Origin: Lachnospiraceae bacterium
Lineage (GTDB): Bacteria > Bacillota > Clostridia > Lachnospirales > Lachnospiraceae
Direction: 5' to 3'
DNA length: 64,000 nt
NCBI GenBank assembly: GCA_017525525.1
Contig: JAFXSQ010000030.1
Span: 63-64,062, forward strand
Shown: positions 32,483-42,076 of the stretch, one piece after another
Numbering within the stretch: position 1 is the first letter of the stretch
How the letters are laid out: every line of letters begins with the position of its first letter
Notes under the pieces: model-generated
Database searches by the model: none
What the model was told of the DNA's origin: nothing
The model's input: only the letters and a program-made list of their open reading frames with translations
Position numbers and translations under genes: made by a program

Positions 32483-34802
32483 ATTGTTTATCTTTCTCTA
32501 CATTCTTTCTCTTATTCTTCTTGTTCTCGTAGAGCGCCACGTCCGCGGAGTGGAGCACAAGCTCGATATTAAGCGAAGGCGCGCAGGTAAATACGCTGGT
32601 ACCAAGGCTTAAATCAATGAAGTAAGGCTTGCCGCTTTCCTCATTAAGGTCGTCGTCGTAGCGGCGTATGCGGTCAAGTATCTTCTCGGGTTTATCGTCT
32701 CTTTCGACAAAGGTAAAGGCTACGAACTCGTCACCGCCGATTCTTCCGACGATATCATCTTCGTCAAGGCTGTCCGTGAGTATGTCGGCTATGCTCTTTA
32801 TCGCAAAGTCTCCGTCGCTGTGGCCGAACTTGTCGTTGACCTGCTTCAGGTTATCCATGTCCGCGAAGATGAGCATCGCGCGTTTGCCTTCGTTCTCGTG
32901 AGCGTTGACCAAGCGCTGTACGCTGTCCAAGAAACCGCGGCGGTTGTTGATGCCGGTCAGAGCGTCGGTTACCGAGAGCTTGTTCAAAAGCTGGTTTTTC
33001 TGGTTTAATTCCTCGGCTGACTGAACGAGCTGATCCTGCGCCTTTAACTGCTGCTGCATGAGCGAGATGAAATTCAGCGAGGTCGCAAGCTGAAGGCTGT
33101 TCGGGTATATGTTACCGAACTGGGCTATGTCTATCTCTCCGACAAAAAGTCCATAGTGTATATTGTTGGTGAAAAGCGGAGTGATGACTAAGGTTCTTCT
33201 TCTGTCCAAAGGTGTGTAGGCATTGAAGAATATGTCCGATGAGGAGATTATTCTTTCGTTGCCGGTAAGGAATGTCGTAATGCCATTGTCGTTGGCTGCC
33301 TGTAGCAGCAGAGTCTTCGGAATCTTCCAGGAACCGTCAGGCATGAGCCTGATCGGATCATCGTAAATGTAAAGATAAGAGCTAATGAAGCCCGAATTCT
33401 GCAGCTTATCCATAATGAGTCTGAAGCAGGACTCCTCGTCATCGCTGTACGCAAGCGTGTCTCTGGTTATGTACATAGAGGACCAGATGGAATTCTTGTA
33501 TTCCCTCTCTGTCATGAACAGGGTGTTGGAGATGCGCAGCATCAATGTTGACATTACATCGGAGAAGCATGCCGCAACCTGGTTGCTCAGCTCTTCGTCT
33601 TCAATAAGATCCTGAATCATGATTGAGAATTCGTTTATAACGTAGCTTAAGCGGTCTATGCTGAAGTATAACCTGAACAGAGGCTTTTCAAGAAGCTTTA
33701 TCAGCATATCCCTGACCGGCTTGCTTTCGGGAGCCTTGCCCGATATAACCGGTTGCAGGATTGGATTGAGCAATGCGGTAAACGCTTCCTCCAACTCGTC
33801 ATGGAGGAAAGATTCTTTGAAATTCTCTAATGTATGGTCGAGAATGAATTTTCTGATTTTACTTAATTCCGATGAAGAAGAAATCTTCTCGTGCTTGGCG
33901 CAAATCTGTCTTGTGCGGCACTCTCCGCAACCGCAGGAGGAGCGGACCACCAGGCTTGAGCTCAGTGTATTTATGTCGGTAAAACCAATCTCGATAAGGT
34001 CTATGGTCTGCTTAACCGCATTGTAGCCCATATCGATTATCTGGTTATGAACTGTGGTAAGCTGGGGATCCAAAATCATGGATACCGGTGAATCGTCATA
34101 ACCGGTAACCAAGATATCCCTGCCTATCTCAAGACCTCTGGACTTAATAGCGGTATAACCGCCGGAGGCCATCTGATCATTTGCGAAAACCAGGGCGTCG
34201 ATCTCGGGATGTGCATCTAAGAGATTGCCTACAAGTTCAACCGTGAACTCGGAGAAATCACCGTAGGCGATGAGGTCTTCATCCACGGGGATGTTGTTAT
34301 CGATAAGTACCTGCTTGTAGATCTCCAAGCGTTCCATGGCGTCGGCGTTCTCCTGACGTCCGCTTACGAAACCTATGTGGCTGCATTTATGATCCTTTAT
34401 GAGGTGTTCGACAGCGAGCCTCATACCCGTCACACCCTCGGTGTAAAGGTAGGGATAGCCGGGAACCTCAATCTCTATGGTAAGAATCGGTATATCGAAA
34501 TTCGAGAGGAATTCTTTGATGTTGGTCTGAGAGAGGAAGCTTCCGATGGAACCGATTGCAACGATGATTGCATCAAGGTTCTGCTTTGAAGCATAGTAGT
34601 AGATGGAGTTATACTGATAATCGAAACGGGCGTTCATAGGATCGTCATAGGCAGCGTTCATGTACATGCCGGGGAATACGATGAGGTTTACATCGAATTT
34701 CTTTGCAGCATAATCAACGCCCTTACAGACCTCGTACGCATAGTCGTTATCTACGTGGCAGGTGAAAAATCCTATGTTTAGTTTTGAGTTCGCCTTTTTC
34801 AA
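32481..34802 (-). CDS. cytoplasmic LacI-type periplasmic-binding-protein-fold sensor fused to GGDEF diguanylate cyclase
   Basis: 773 aa, TTG start after GGAGG, no signal peptide. The N-terminal ~280 aa are a sugar-binding PBP fold (FANDQMASGGYTAIK, VTGYDDS). There is a Cys cluster CGCGECRTRQIC, an unassigned ~290-aa middle region, and a C-terminal GGDEF domain (DALTGINNRRGF, RIGGDEFVAF). Confidence 0.85.
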   Translation of the reverse strand: MKKANSKLNIGFFTCHVDNDYAYEVCKGVDYAAKKFDVNLIVFPGMYMNAAYDDPMNARFDYQYNSIYYYASKQNLDAIIVAIGSIGSFLSQTNIKEFLSNFDIPILTIEIEVPGYPYLYTEGVTGMRLAVEHLIKDHKCSHIGFVSGRQENADAMERLEIYKQVLIDNNIPVDEDLIAYGDFSEFTVELVGNLLDAHPEIDALVFANDQMASGGYTAIKSRGLEIGRDILVTGYDDSPVSMILDPQLTTVHNQIIDMGYNAVKQTIDLIEIGFTDINTLSSSLVVRSSCGCGECRTRQICAKHEKISSSSELSKIRKFILDHTLENFKESFLHDELEEAFTALLNPILQPVISGKAPESKPVRDMLIKLLEKPLFRLYFSIDRLSYVINEFSIMIQDLIEDEELSNQVAACFSDVMSTLMLRISNTLFMTEREYKNSIWSSMYITRDTLAYSDDEESCFRLIMDKLQNSGFISSYLYIYDDPIRLMPDGSWKIPKTLLLQAANDNGITTFLTGNERIISSSDIFFNAYTPLDRRRTLVITPLFTNNIHYGLFVGEIDIAQFGNIYPNSLQLATSLNFISLMQQQLKAQDQLVQSAEELNQKNQLLNKLSVTDALTGINNRRGFLDSVQRLVNAHENEGKRAMLIFADMDNLKQVNDKFGHSDGDFAIKSIADILTDSLDEDDIVGRIGGDEFVAFTFVERDDKPEKILDRIRRYDDDLNEESGKPYFIDLSLGTSVFTCAPSLNIELVLHSADVALYENKKNKRKNVEKDKQ

Positions 34803-34886
34803 ATCAGTAGCCTCCTCTCTAGTGTATAGATAATGCTATTTTATCATATTCTTGCTCAAGATACAAGAGGACGGTTTTCAATCTGT

Positions 34887-35057
34887 GTCATTCTGAACGA
34901 AGTGAAGAATCTTAAAAAAGCAAGCTCCTTCGCTTCCTGTTGCTTCGCAAGCCCTCGTATTTCGTCATAAGGAGTACCGCTTGTGTGGATTCCTTATGAC
35001 ATCGAAGGCCGGCACCATAACGCTTCGCATTGTGGTCAGCGTCGCTCAGGATGACAA
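34887..35057 (-). repeat. composite nested repeat (family-1 ends, family-2 module B inside)
   Basis: Its reverse complement aligns module by module with 61465-61600, and with 50558-50646 apart from the module B hairpin. Confidence 0.85.
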
Positions 35058-35087
35058 AAAAGACGTGTTTCTTGATATGTTGTATCC

Positions 35088-35116
35088 TTGATAATAGTCG
35101 GTGTTTATGTTATTAT
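35088..35116 (+). promoter_or_regulatory. candidate sigma-A promoter of purMND-clpC
   Basis: TTGATA, 17 nt, TATTAT, about 55 nt upstream of the purM ATG. Confidence 0.55.
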
Positions 35117-35172
35117 ATCAATTCAGTAATTATTTCCATACATATCATTCCCATACAAGGAGGAGTTTAATC

Positions 35173-36198
35173 ATGGATTACAAGAAGGCCGGAGTGGACA
35201 TAGAAGCGGGCTACAAGTCTGTTGAGCTCATAAAGGAGCACATCAAAAGGACGGTAAGACCCGAGGTTTTGGGCGGCATAGGCGGATTTGCCGGCGCATT
35301 TGACTTAAAGACCATAGCGAAGATGGAGGAGCCGGTTTTACTTTCGGGCACCGACGGCTGCGGTACGAAGGTGAAGCTTGCTTTTATTATGGACAAGCAT
35401 GACACAATCGGTATAGACTGCGTGGCAATGTGTGTAAATGACATCGCCTGCTCGGGTGGTGAACCGCTTTTCTTCCTTGATTATATTGCATGCGGAAAGA
35501 ATTATCCGGAGAAGATAGCCAAGATTGTAAGCGGTGTTGCGGAAGGCTGCGTGCAGGCAGGAGCTGCCCTTGTAGGCGGTGAGACCGCAGAGCACCCGGG
35601 GCTTATGCCGGAGGACGAGTACGACCTTGCAGGCTTTGCTGTAGGTGTTGTCGACAGGAAGGACATGATAACCGGAGAGAATATAAAGCCGGGTGACGCG
35701 CTTATAGGTCTTGCCTCAAGCGGCGTTCATTCAAACGGTTTTTCTTTGGTCAGAAAGGTGTTCAACATGACCGAGGATGCGTTAAGAAGACATTATGACG
35801 AGCTCGGCAGAACCTTGGGTGAGGCGCTTATCGAGCCAACTAAGATATATGTGAAGGCTTTAAAGAGCGTTAGGGATGCAGGCGTTGTCATAAAGGGCGC
35901 AAGCCACATAACCGGCGGCGGCTTCTACGAGAATATCCCCCGTATGCTTCCGGACGGAGTGAAGGCTGTCGTTAAGAAGGACTCCTACGATATCCCGCCT
36001 ATCTTTGGACTTATTGCGAAGAACGGGGATGTGGATGAGCATATGATGTACAATACATTCAATATGGGACTCGGCATGGTGCTCGCAATCGATGCCGCAG
36101 ATGCCGATAAGGCCTTAAAGGCGCTCGAGGCAGCAGGAGAGAAGGCATACATAGTCGGTGAGGTCAAGGCAGGAGAAAAGGGAGTAGAGTTATGCTGA
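35173..36198 (+). CDS. purM: phosphoribosylformylglycinamidine cyclo-ligase (AIR synthetase)
   Basis: It starts [13 protein letters not shown] after AAGGAGGAG and carries [12 protein letters not shown] and DLAGFAVG motifs. Confidence 0.95.
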   Translation: MDYKKAGVDIEAGYKSVELIKEHIKRTVRPEVLGGIGGFAGAFDLKTIAKMEEPVLLSGTDGCGTKVKLAFIMDKHDTIGIDCVAMCVNDIACSGGEPLFFLDYIACGKNYPEKIAKIVSGVAEGCVQAGAALVGGETAEHPGLMPEDEYDLAGFAVGVVDRKDMITGENIKPGDALIGLASSGVHSNGFSLVRKVFNMTEDALRRHYDELGRTLGEALIEPTKIYVKALKSVRDAGVVIKGASHITGGGFYENIPRMLPDGVKAVVKKDSYDIPPIFGLIAKNGDVDEHMMYNTFNMGLGMVLAIDAADADKALKALEAAGEKAYIVGEVKAGEKGVELC

Positions 36199-36785
36199 GA
36201 GTTCTTGTGATGGTGTCGGGAGGCGGCACCAATCTTCAGGCTATAATAGATGCGGTAAAAGCCGGTGAGATAACGAACACCGAGCTTGTGGGCGTAATAA
36301 GCAACAATTATGGCGTTAAGTCATTGGACAGGGCTGCGGCAGCAGGTATATCGGCTGAGGTATGCTCGGCAAAGGACTTTGCAAGCAGGGCAGAGTTCAA
36401 CGACAAGCTTCTTGAGCGCGTGGACAGCTATAGTCCAGATCTTATAGTGCTTGCGGGCTTCCTTGTGGTCATCCCGGAGAAGATGATAGACAAGTACGAG
36501 AATAAGATAATAAACATACACCCGTCTTTGATTCCGTCATTCTGCGGAACCGGTTACTACGGGTTAAAGGTCCATGAGGCCGCATTGGCGCGAGGAGTGA
36601 AGGTGTCGGGCGCGACGGTGCATTTTGTTGATAAGGGAACGGACACGGGGCCGATTATCCTGCAGAAGGCGGTTGAGGTGGAAAAGGACGACACCCCCGA
36701 GACACTGCAGCGAAGAATTATGGAGCAGGCAGAGTGGAAGCTTTTGCCGAAAGCCATAGATATGATAGCAAACGGAAAGATATAG
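36192..36785 (+). CDS. purN: phosphoribosylglycinamide formyltransferase
   Basis: 197 aa with [21 protein letters not shown] and GATVHFVD motifs. It overlaps the purM stop by 7 nt. Confidence 0.93.
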   Translation: MLRVLVMVSGGGTNLQAIIDAVKAGEITNTELVGVISNNYGVKSLDRAAAAGISAEVCSAKDFASRAEFNDKLLERVDSYSPDLIVLAGFLVVIPEKMIDKYENKIINIHPSLIPSFCGTGYYGLKVHEAALARGVKVSGATVHFVDKGTDTGPIILQKAVEVEKDDTPETLQRRIMEQAEWKLLPKAIDMIANGKI

Positions 36786-36819
36786 AGAATATTTGATATT
36801 AAAAAGGGAGACATAACAG

Positions 36820-38097
36820 ATGAAGGTAATGATAGTCGGTGGCGGCGGAAGAGAGCACGCCATAGCATGGGCATGTAAGAAGAGTAAAAGGGTGGACGCG
36901 CTTTATGCCTGCCCGGGAAATGCCGGAATCGCTAAGCTTGCGGAGTGTAAGGATATATCCGTTATGGATAAAGAGGCTCTGCTTGCTTTTGCCAAGGAAA
37001 AGGAGATTGATTTCGTTATAGTAGGACCGGACGATCCGCTTGCAGCGGGCGTTGCGGATGTATTTTTGGATGCGGGGATCAAGACCTTCGGTCCGAGGGC
37101 AAATGCTGCCATAATCGAGGCTTCAAAGGCATTCTCAAAGGAGCTGATGAAGAAGTATAACATACCCACTGCGGCTTACGAGACTTTTACCGATGCGGAT
37201 GCGGCAAAGGATTACTTAAAGAGCGCGAAGCTCCCGATAGTATTAAAGGCCGACGGACTTGCGCTCGGCAAGGGAGTTCTTATATGCAATACATTAGACG
37301 AGGCGCTTGCCGGAGTTGACGAGATCATGGTTGACAGGAAGTTCGGCGATGCGGGCAACAAGCTCGTTGTAGAGGAGTTTATGACCGGAAGAGAGGTTTC
37401 GGTGCTTTGCTACTCGGACGGAACGACCATACTTCCTATGACATCGGCGCAGGATCACAAGCGCGCGGGCGACGGAGATACGGGCCTTAACACAGGCGGC
37501 ATGGGTACATTTTCACCGAGCCCCTTCTACACTGAGGAGGTTGACCGCTTCTGTAAGGAGAAGATATACGGTCCTACGATTGCGGCTATGAAGGCTGAGG
37601 GCAGGGAGTTCAAGGGAGTGCTGTTCTGTGGTTTGATGCTTACCCCGGACGGTCCGAAGGTGCTTGAGTTCAACGCGCGTTTCGGCGATCCTGAGGCTCA
37701 GGTTGTCATCCCGAGGATGAAGAATGACATAATAGATGTGATGGAGGCCTGCGCCGACGGAACACTCGATAAGATTAATCTTGAGTTTGAGGACAATGCG
37801 GCTGTCTGCGTTATGCTTGCATCGGACGGATACCCGCTTTCATATCAAAAGGGCTTTAAGATAAGCGGCCTGGAGAGCTTTGAGGGTAAGGATGACTACT
37901 TTGTATTCCATTCGGGCACAAAGTTCAAGGATGATGACGTGGTTACAAATGGCGGAAGAGTGCTTGGAGTTACTGCACTCGGAAGCAATTTAAAAGAGGC
38001 GAGAGCCAATGCGTACAAGGCGACTGAGCTCATTTCCTTCGAGAATAAATACATGAGGCATGATATCGGTAAAGCTATAGACGAGGCGGAGGCTTGA
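36820..38097 (+). CDS. purD: phosphoribosylamine-glycine ligase
   Basis: 425 aa with MKVMIVGGGGREHAIAW, an ATP-grasp core and a GGRVLGVTALG C-terminus. Confidence 0.95.
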   Translation: MKVMIVGGGGREHAIAWACKKSKRVDALYACPGNAGIAKLAECKDISVMDKEALLAFAKEKEIDFVIVGPDDPLAAGVADVFLDAGIKTFGPRANAAIIEASKAFSKELMKKYNIPTAAYETFTDADAAKDYLKSAKLPIVLKADGLALGKGVLICNTLDEALAGVDEIMVDRKFGDAGNKLVVEEFMTGREVSVLCYSDGTTILPMTSAQDHKRAGDGDTGLNTGGMGTFSPSPFYTEEVDRFCKEKIYGPTIAAMKAEGREFKGVLFCGLMLTPDGPKVLEFNARFGDPEAQVVIPRMKNDIIDVMEACADGTLDKINLEFEDNAAVCVMLASDGYPLSYQKGFKISGLESFEGKDDYFVFHSGTKFKDDDVVTNGGRVLGVTALGSNLKEARANAYKATELISFENKYMRHDIGKAIDEAEA

Positions 38098-38102
38098 GTT
38101 TC

Positions 38103-40571
38103 ATGGAGAAGAGATTTACCGAGTTTGTCGAGGAGCTTTTAGCTGTGGCCGAGATGACGGCGACGGATTTGAAGCACAGCTATGTGGGCACGGGACACCT
38201 GCTTTATGCTATGGTCACCTGCCCGGGAGGAACCTCGTGGCAGATACTTTTGGAGAACGGTGTCAACGCCAAGGATATAAGACACTATCTGGTTACAAGC
38301 AAGGAATACAGCGGAGAAGGCAGAAGAAAAAAGAGAATAACATATTCCGAGCGATTAAACGCTCTTCTTGACAGGGCTGCCGCAGAGGCTAAAAGGATGC
38401 GCGCATCCGCCATAGGCACGGAGCAGCTTCTTATTGCCATGCTCAAGGATAATGACAGCATAGCTATAAAACTTTTTAATACTATGTCCGTAAACGTTCA
38501 GCAGATCTACATTGATACGCTGACAGCCTGCGGCATAGACCAGACAAGGGCTAAGAAGGAGTATGCGCAGCTCAAGAACCCGGCTAAGAAAAAGGACAAG
38601 TCGCCTACGCCGACCTTGGATCAGTACAGCAGGGATATGACGAAGCTTGCGGCGGACGGAATGCTCGATCCCGTAATCGGAAGAAGCGCGGAGATTGAGA
38701 GAGTGATGCAGATACTCTGCAGGCGCATGAAGAACAATCCGTGTCTGGTCGGAGAACCCGGAGTGGGCAAGACGGCCGTTGTAGAGGGCATGGCCTCCAT
38801 GCTTGCGTCAGGGGCGGTACCTGAACTGCTTGCCGACAAGAGAGTGGTGAGCCTTGACATAAGTAGCATGGTTGCGGGCTCAAAGTACAGAGGCGAGTTT
38901 GAAGAGAGAATAAAGAATGTAATAAATGAAGTGCGGAACGCGGGGAATATAATCCTCTTTGTGGACGAGCTTCATACGCTTATCGGAGCCGGCGGCGCCG
39001 AAGGCGCGCTTGACGCGGCGAATATCTTAAAGCCGGCTCTCTCAAGAGGAGAGGTGCAGCTAATAGGCGCAACGACTGCGGATGAGTACAGGAAGTATGT
39101 GGAAAAGGACGCGGCCTTGGAGAGAAGGTTCCAGCCTGTGGCAGTGGAGGAGCCTACGAAGGACCAGACCGTGGACATACTCTACGGCTTGAGGGATAAG
39201 TACGAGGAGCACCACGGCGTAACCATAGGCGAGGACGCAATAGACGCTGCAGTTGAGTATTCCGTAAGGTATATCAACGACAGATTTCTGCCCGACAAGG
39301 CGATAGACTTAATAGACGAGGCTTCCTCGAGGAAGAAGCTCGGCCTCTTCAAGAATGACAGGGGCTTAAGGAGGATAGAGGAGGACGAAAAGGAGCTTAC
39401 CGAGGAGCTTGAGAATGCTCTTGCCGACGGTAACTTTGAGGAAGCGCAGGAAATAAATAAGCTTATCGAGAAGGACAGGAGCCGCATAGAGAAGACTAAG
39501 GACAAGCTGAAGAGCTTGGACAGCGAGGAGCTTATCGTCACCGAGGCGGATGTGGCGGATGTCGTGTCCGTGTGGACGAAGATTCCGGTGGCAAGAATCA
39601 CTCAGTCCGAAAGCGCTAAGCTTCTCAACTTAGAGAAGACACTTCACAAGAGAGTTGTGGGCCAGAATGAGGCTGTGGACGCTCTCTCAAAGGCAATCAG
39701 AAGAGGCAGGGCCGGACTTAAGGATCCCAAGAGGCCTATTGGTTCATTTCTTTTCTTAGGCCCTACGGGTGTTGGCAAGACTGAGCTTTCAAAGGCTCTT
39801 GCAGAGGCTGTCTTCGGAGATGAGAAGGCCCTTATAAGGGTTGATATGTCCGAGTACATGGAGAAGCACAGCGTGTCCAAGATGATAGGCTCGCCTCCGG
39901 GCTACGTGGGCTTTGACGACGGCGGGCAGCTTGCCGAGCAGGTAAGGAAGCACCCTTATTCAGTGGTTCTTTTTGACGAGATCGAAAAGGCTCATCCGGA
40001 TGTGTTCAATATCCTGCTTCAGGTCTTAGACGACGGGCGCATCACGGATTCCAAGGGAAGGACGACCGACTTCAAGAACGCCATAATCATCATGACCAGC
40101 AATGCCGGAGCTCAGAGGATAATCGATCCCAAGAAGCTTGGCTTCTCTGTGGCGGATGATGCGGAGAGTGAGCACAAGGACATGAAGGCGGGCGTTATGG
40201 AAGAAGTCAAGCGCATGTTCAAGCCGGAGTTCTTAAACCGTATCGACGATATAATCGTGTTCAGATCTCTTACAAAGGAGGATGTAAAGGAAATCAGCGG
40301 CCTGATGCTCAAGGAGCTTAAAAAACGCGCAAAGGAAAATCTTGATATAGAATTAAGCTACAGCGCCAAGCTCAAGGACTTTATATTTGACAAGGGCTAT
40401 GACAAGAAGTATGGCGCAAGACCGCTTAAGAGAACCATACAGAGCGAGATAGAGGACAAGCTTGCCGAGGAGGTGCTCTCGGGTAAGGTCACCGCCGGAA
40501 ACAGGGTAACCGTGTCAGTATCAGACGGCAGCGTTACCTTTAAGAAGACGGGACGAAGGACGGCAGAATAA
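38103..40571 (+). CDS. clpC: ATP-dependent Clp protease ATP-binding subunit ClpC-type (class I AAA+)
   Basis: Clp_N repeats, two AAA+ modules (GEPGVGKTA; GPTGVGKTE), a short UVR-like middle region and a ClpB_D2-small C-terminus. The alternative TTG start at 38094 overlaps the purD stop. Confidence 0.9.
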   Translation: MEKRFTEFVEELLAVAEMTATDLKHSYVGTGHLLYAMVTCPGGTSWQILLENGVNAKDIRHYLVTSKEYSGEGRRKKRITYSERLNALLDRAAAEAKRMRASAIGTEQLLIAMLKDNDSIAIKLFNTMSVNVQQIYIDTLTACGIDQTRAKKEYAQLKNPAKKKDKSPTPTLDQYSRDMTKLAADGMLDPVIGRSAEIERVMQILCRRMKNNPCLVGEPGVGKTAVVEGMASMLASGAVPELLADKRVVSLDISSMVAGSKYRGEFEERIKNVINEVRNAGNIILFVDELHTLIGAGGAEGALDAANILKPALSRGEVQLIGATTADEYRKYVEKDAALERRFQPVAVEEPTKDQTVDILYGLRDKYEEHHGVTIGEDAIDAAVEYSVRYINDRFLPDKAIDLIDEASSRKKLGLFKNDRGLRRIEEDEKELTEELENALADGNFEEAQEINKLIEKDRSRIEKTKDKLKSLDSEELIVTEADVADVVSVWTKIPVARITQSESAKLLNLEKTLHKRVVGQNEAVDALSKAIRRGRAGLKDPKRPIGSFLFLGPTGVGKTELSKALAEAVFGDEKALIRVDMSEYMEKHSVSKMIGSPPGYVGFDDGGQLAEQVRKHPYSVVLFDEIEKAHPDVFNILLQVLDDGRITDSKGRTTDFKNAIIIMTSNAGAQRIIDPKKLGFSVADDAESEHKDMKAGVMEEVKRMFKPEFLNRIDDIIVFRSLTKEDVKEISGLMLKELKKRAKENLDIELSYSAKLKDFIFDKGYDKKYGARPLKRTIQSEIEDKLAEEVLSGKVTAGNRVTVSVSDGSVTFKKTGRRTAE

Positions 40572-40691
40572 GCCGGAGTAAAATCTCAAAAATCGTGTAA
40601 TAAAATTGTAGTAAATTTTTAAAAGATGTTGTATAATCAAAAATAGTATTCAAAAATATCGCATACTAATATTTTGCGGAGGGTAAAAACT

Positions 40692-41102
40692 ATGGCAGTA
40701 ATTGATGATCTGATTCGCGAGGAGAACGGAGGCCTTTCCTTCGGTAATTATTCATTGACAGCGAAGACCAAGAAGGACGGATTTAACTACAACGGAGACA
40801 TCTATAAGATAAAGACCTTCAATGAGATCACCAAGCTCGAGAAGAACGGGATGTTCGTGTATGAGTCTGTTCCGGGAACCACAGTTCACGGTTTTACAGC
40901 TACGGATAAAGAGGTGAATTTTGTGGTTGAGGGAACCACGGATTCACAGATTACACTTGAACTTGAGGCCGAAAAGGAGTATAAAGTTCACGTTAATAAG
41001 GTATTTGTGGGTGAGATGAAGACTAATCTCGGAGGAAAGCTCAACATAAGCGTTGAACTCGAAGAGGGCAAGCAGGTTGACATACTGGTTGAGAAACAGT
41101 AG
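40692..41102 (+). CDS. hypothetical protein (beta-rich, 136 aa)
   Basis: The ATG lies 8 nt after GGAGGG. No recognisable motif. It is 46 nt upstream of the MshEN/CheX-like gene. Confidence 0.6.
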   Translation: MAVIDDLIREENGGLSFGNYSLTAKTKKDGFNYNGDIYKIKTFNEITKLEKNGMFVYESVPGTTVHGFTATDKEVNFVVEGTTDSQITLELEAEKEYKVHVNKVFVGEMKTNLGGKLNISVELEEGKQVDILVEKQ

Positions 41103-41148
41103 AATCTCGGCTTAATCTAAACATATCTGACTTTCGGGGAGACATATA

Positions 41149-42048
41149 ATGTTTGGTGTGTATTTCGGAAAATACTTAGTGGATATGGGAATTATCTCGG
41201 AGGAGGTCTATGCGGGCCTTCTCGAGTCTACTAAGAATGACAAAGTGAAGATGGGACTGCTCGCGGTGGACTTAGGGCTGATGACTGAGGAACAGGCCCA
41301 GGAGGTCAACCAGCTTCAGCAGATGCTTGACAAGCGCTTCGGAGATATAGCTATTGAGAAGGGCTACCTTACCGAGGATGACGTGTATGATCTTCTCGAC
41401 AAGCAGGGTGATGCTTACCTGCTTTTTGTGCAGGCCGTGCTTGAGAGCGGCATCATGGATTTCGAGGATATTAAGACCGAGCTTGGCAATTACCGCAGGT
41501 CGGAGCATCTTACGCTCACTGATGTGGAGGCCATAAAGACCGGAGATGTAGACAGGATAGTGCCTATCTTCATGAAGGATATGGAGATGCCGGAGCATAT
41601 CAGGCAGTACATTTCTCTTTCGGCCAGGAATATAGTCCGCTTTATCGACCGCTTCTTCATCATGGAGAGGATAGAGAAGATAGATGATTTCGAGCTTCCG
41701 TGCGCGGTTATGCAGATAATCCACGAGGACGGGGATATGCTTATCGCTCTGGGGGGGCTCAAGGAGGATTTGGAGGTAGTCTCGGGGAACTTTGTAAAGA
41801 ATGTTGTCGGAAGGGATGACATTGATTTCGATTCGCTTGATGTGGCAGGGGAGTTCCTGAATGTCAATAACGGACTTTACGTGTCCAGTGTTCTGTGCGA
41901 AAGAACCGATGTAAGGGTTGAATCGCCGGTTATAAAGACCGATGGTTTAAGGCTTCGCACGGACGGAAAGATGTACATTGTTCCGTTGCTTATTGATGAA
42001 AGACCTATTGAGTTCATCATTTGCACCGGTAATGTAAATATATCATAA
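41149..42048 (+). CDS. candidate c-di-GMP receptor: three tandem MshEN-type (T2SSE_N-like) motifs fused to a CheX/CheC-like domain
   Basis: 299 aa. Residues 5-28, 34-57 and 63-86 fit the 24-residue RLGxxLLxxGLLxxxxLxxxLxxQ pattern, with 5-residue spacers. The C-terminal part carries D231-x3-E235-x2-N238-x21-P260 and a CheX-like strand pattern. Confidence 0.65.
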   Translation: MFGVYFGKYLVDMGIISEEVYAGLLESTKNDKVKMGLLAVDLGLMTEEQAQEVNQLQQMLDKRFGDIAIEKGYLTEDDVYDLLDKQGDAYLLFVQAVLESGIMDFEDIKTELGNYRRSEHLTLTDVEAIKTGDVDRIVPIFMKDMEMPEHIRQYISLSARNIVRFIDRFFIMERIEKIDDFELPCAVMQIIHEDGDMLIALGGLKEDLEVVSGNFVKNVVGRDDIDFDSLDVAGEFLNVNNGLYVSSVLCERTDVRVESPVIKTDGLRLRTDGKMYIVPLLIDERPIEFIICTGNVNIS

Positions 42049-42076
42049 GTTTTATTAGAAAAGGAGCATTAAGGTA

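Noticed and set aside
34803-35172. Expected purine riboswitch or PurR-type leader upstream of purM.
   Set aside because: I could not find the purine-riboswitch core (the conserved three-way junction sequences). The region is occupied by repeat modules and a promoter-like TTGATA, 17 nt, TATTAT.
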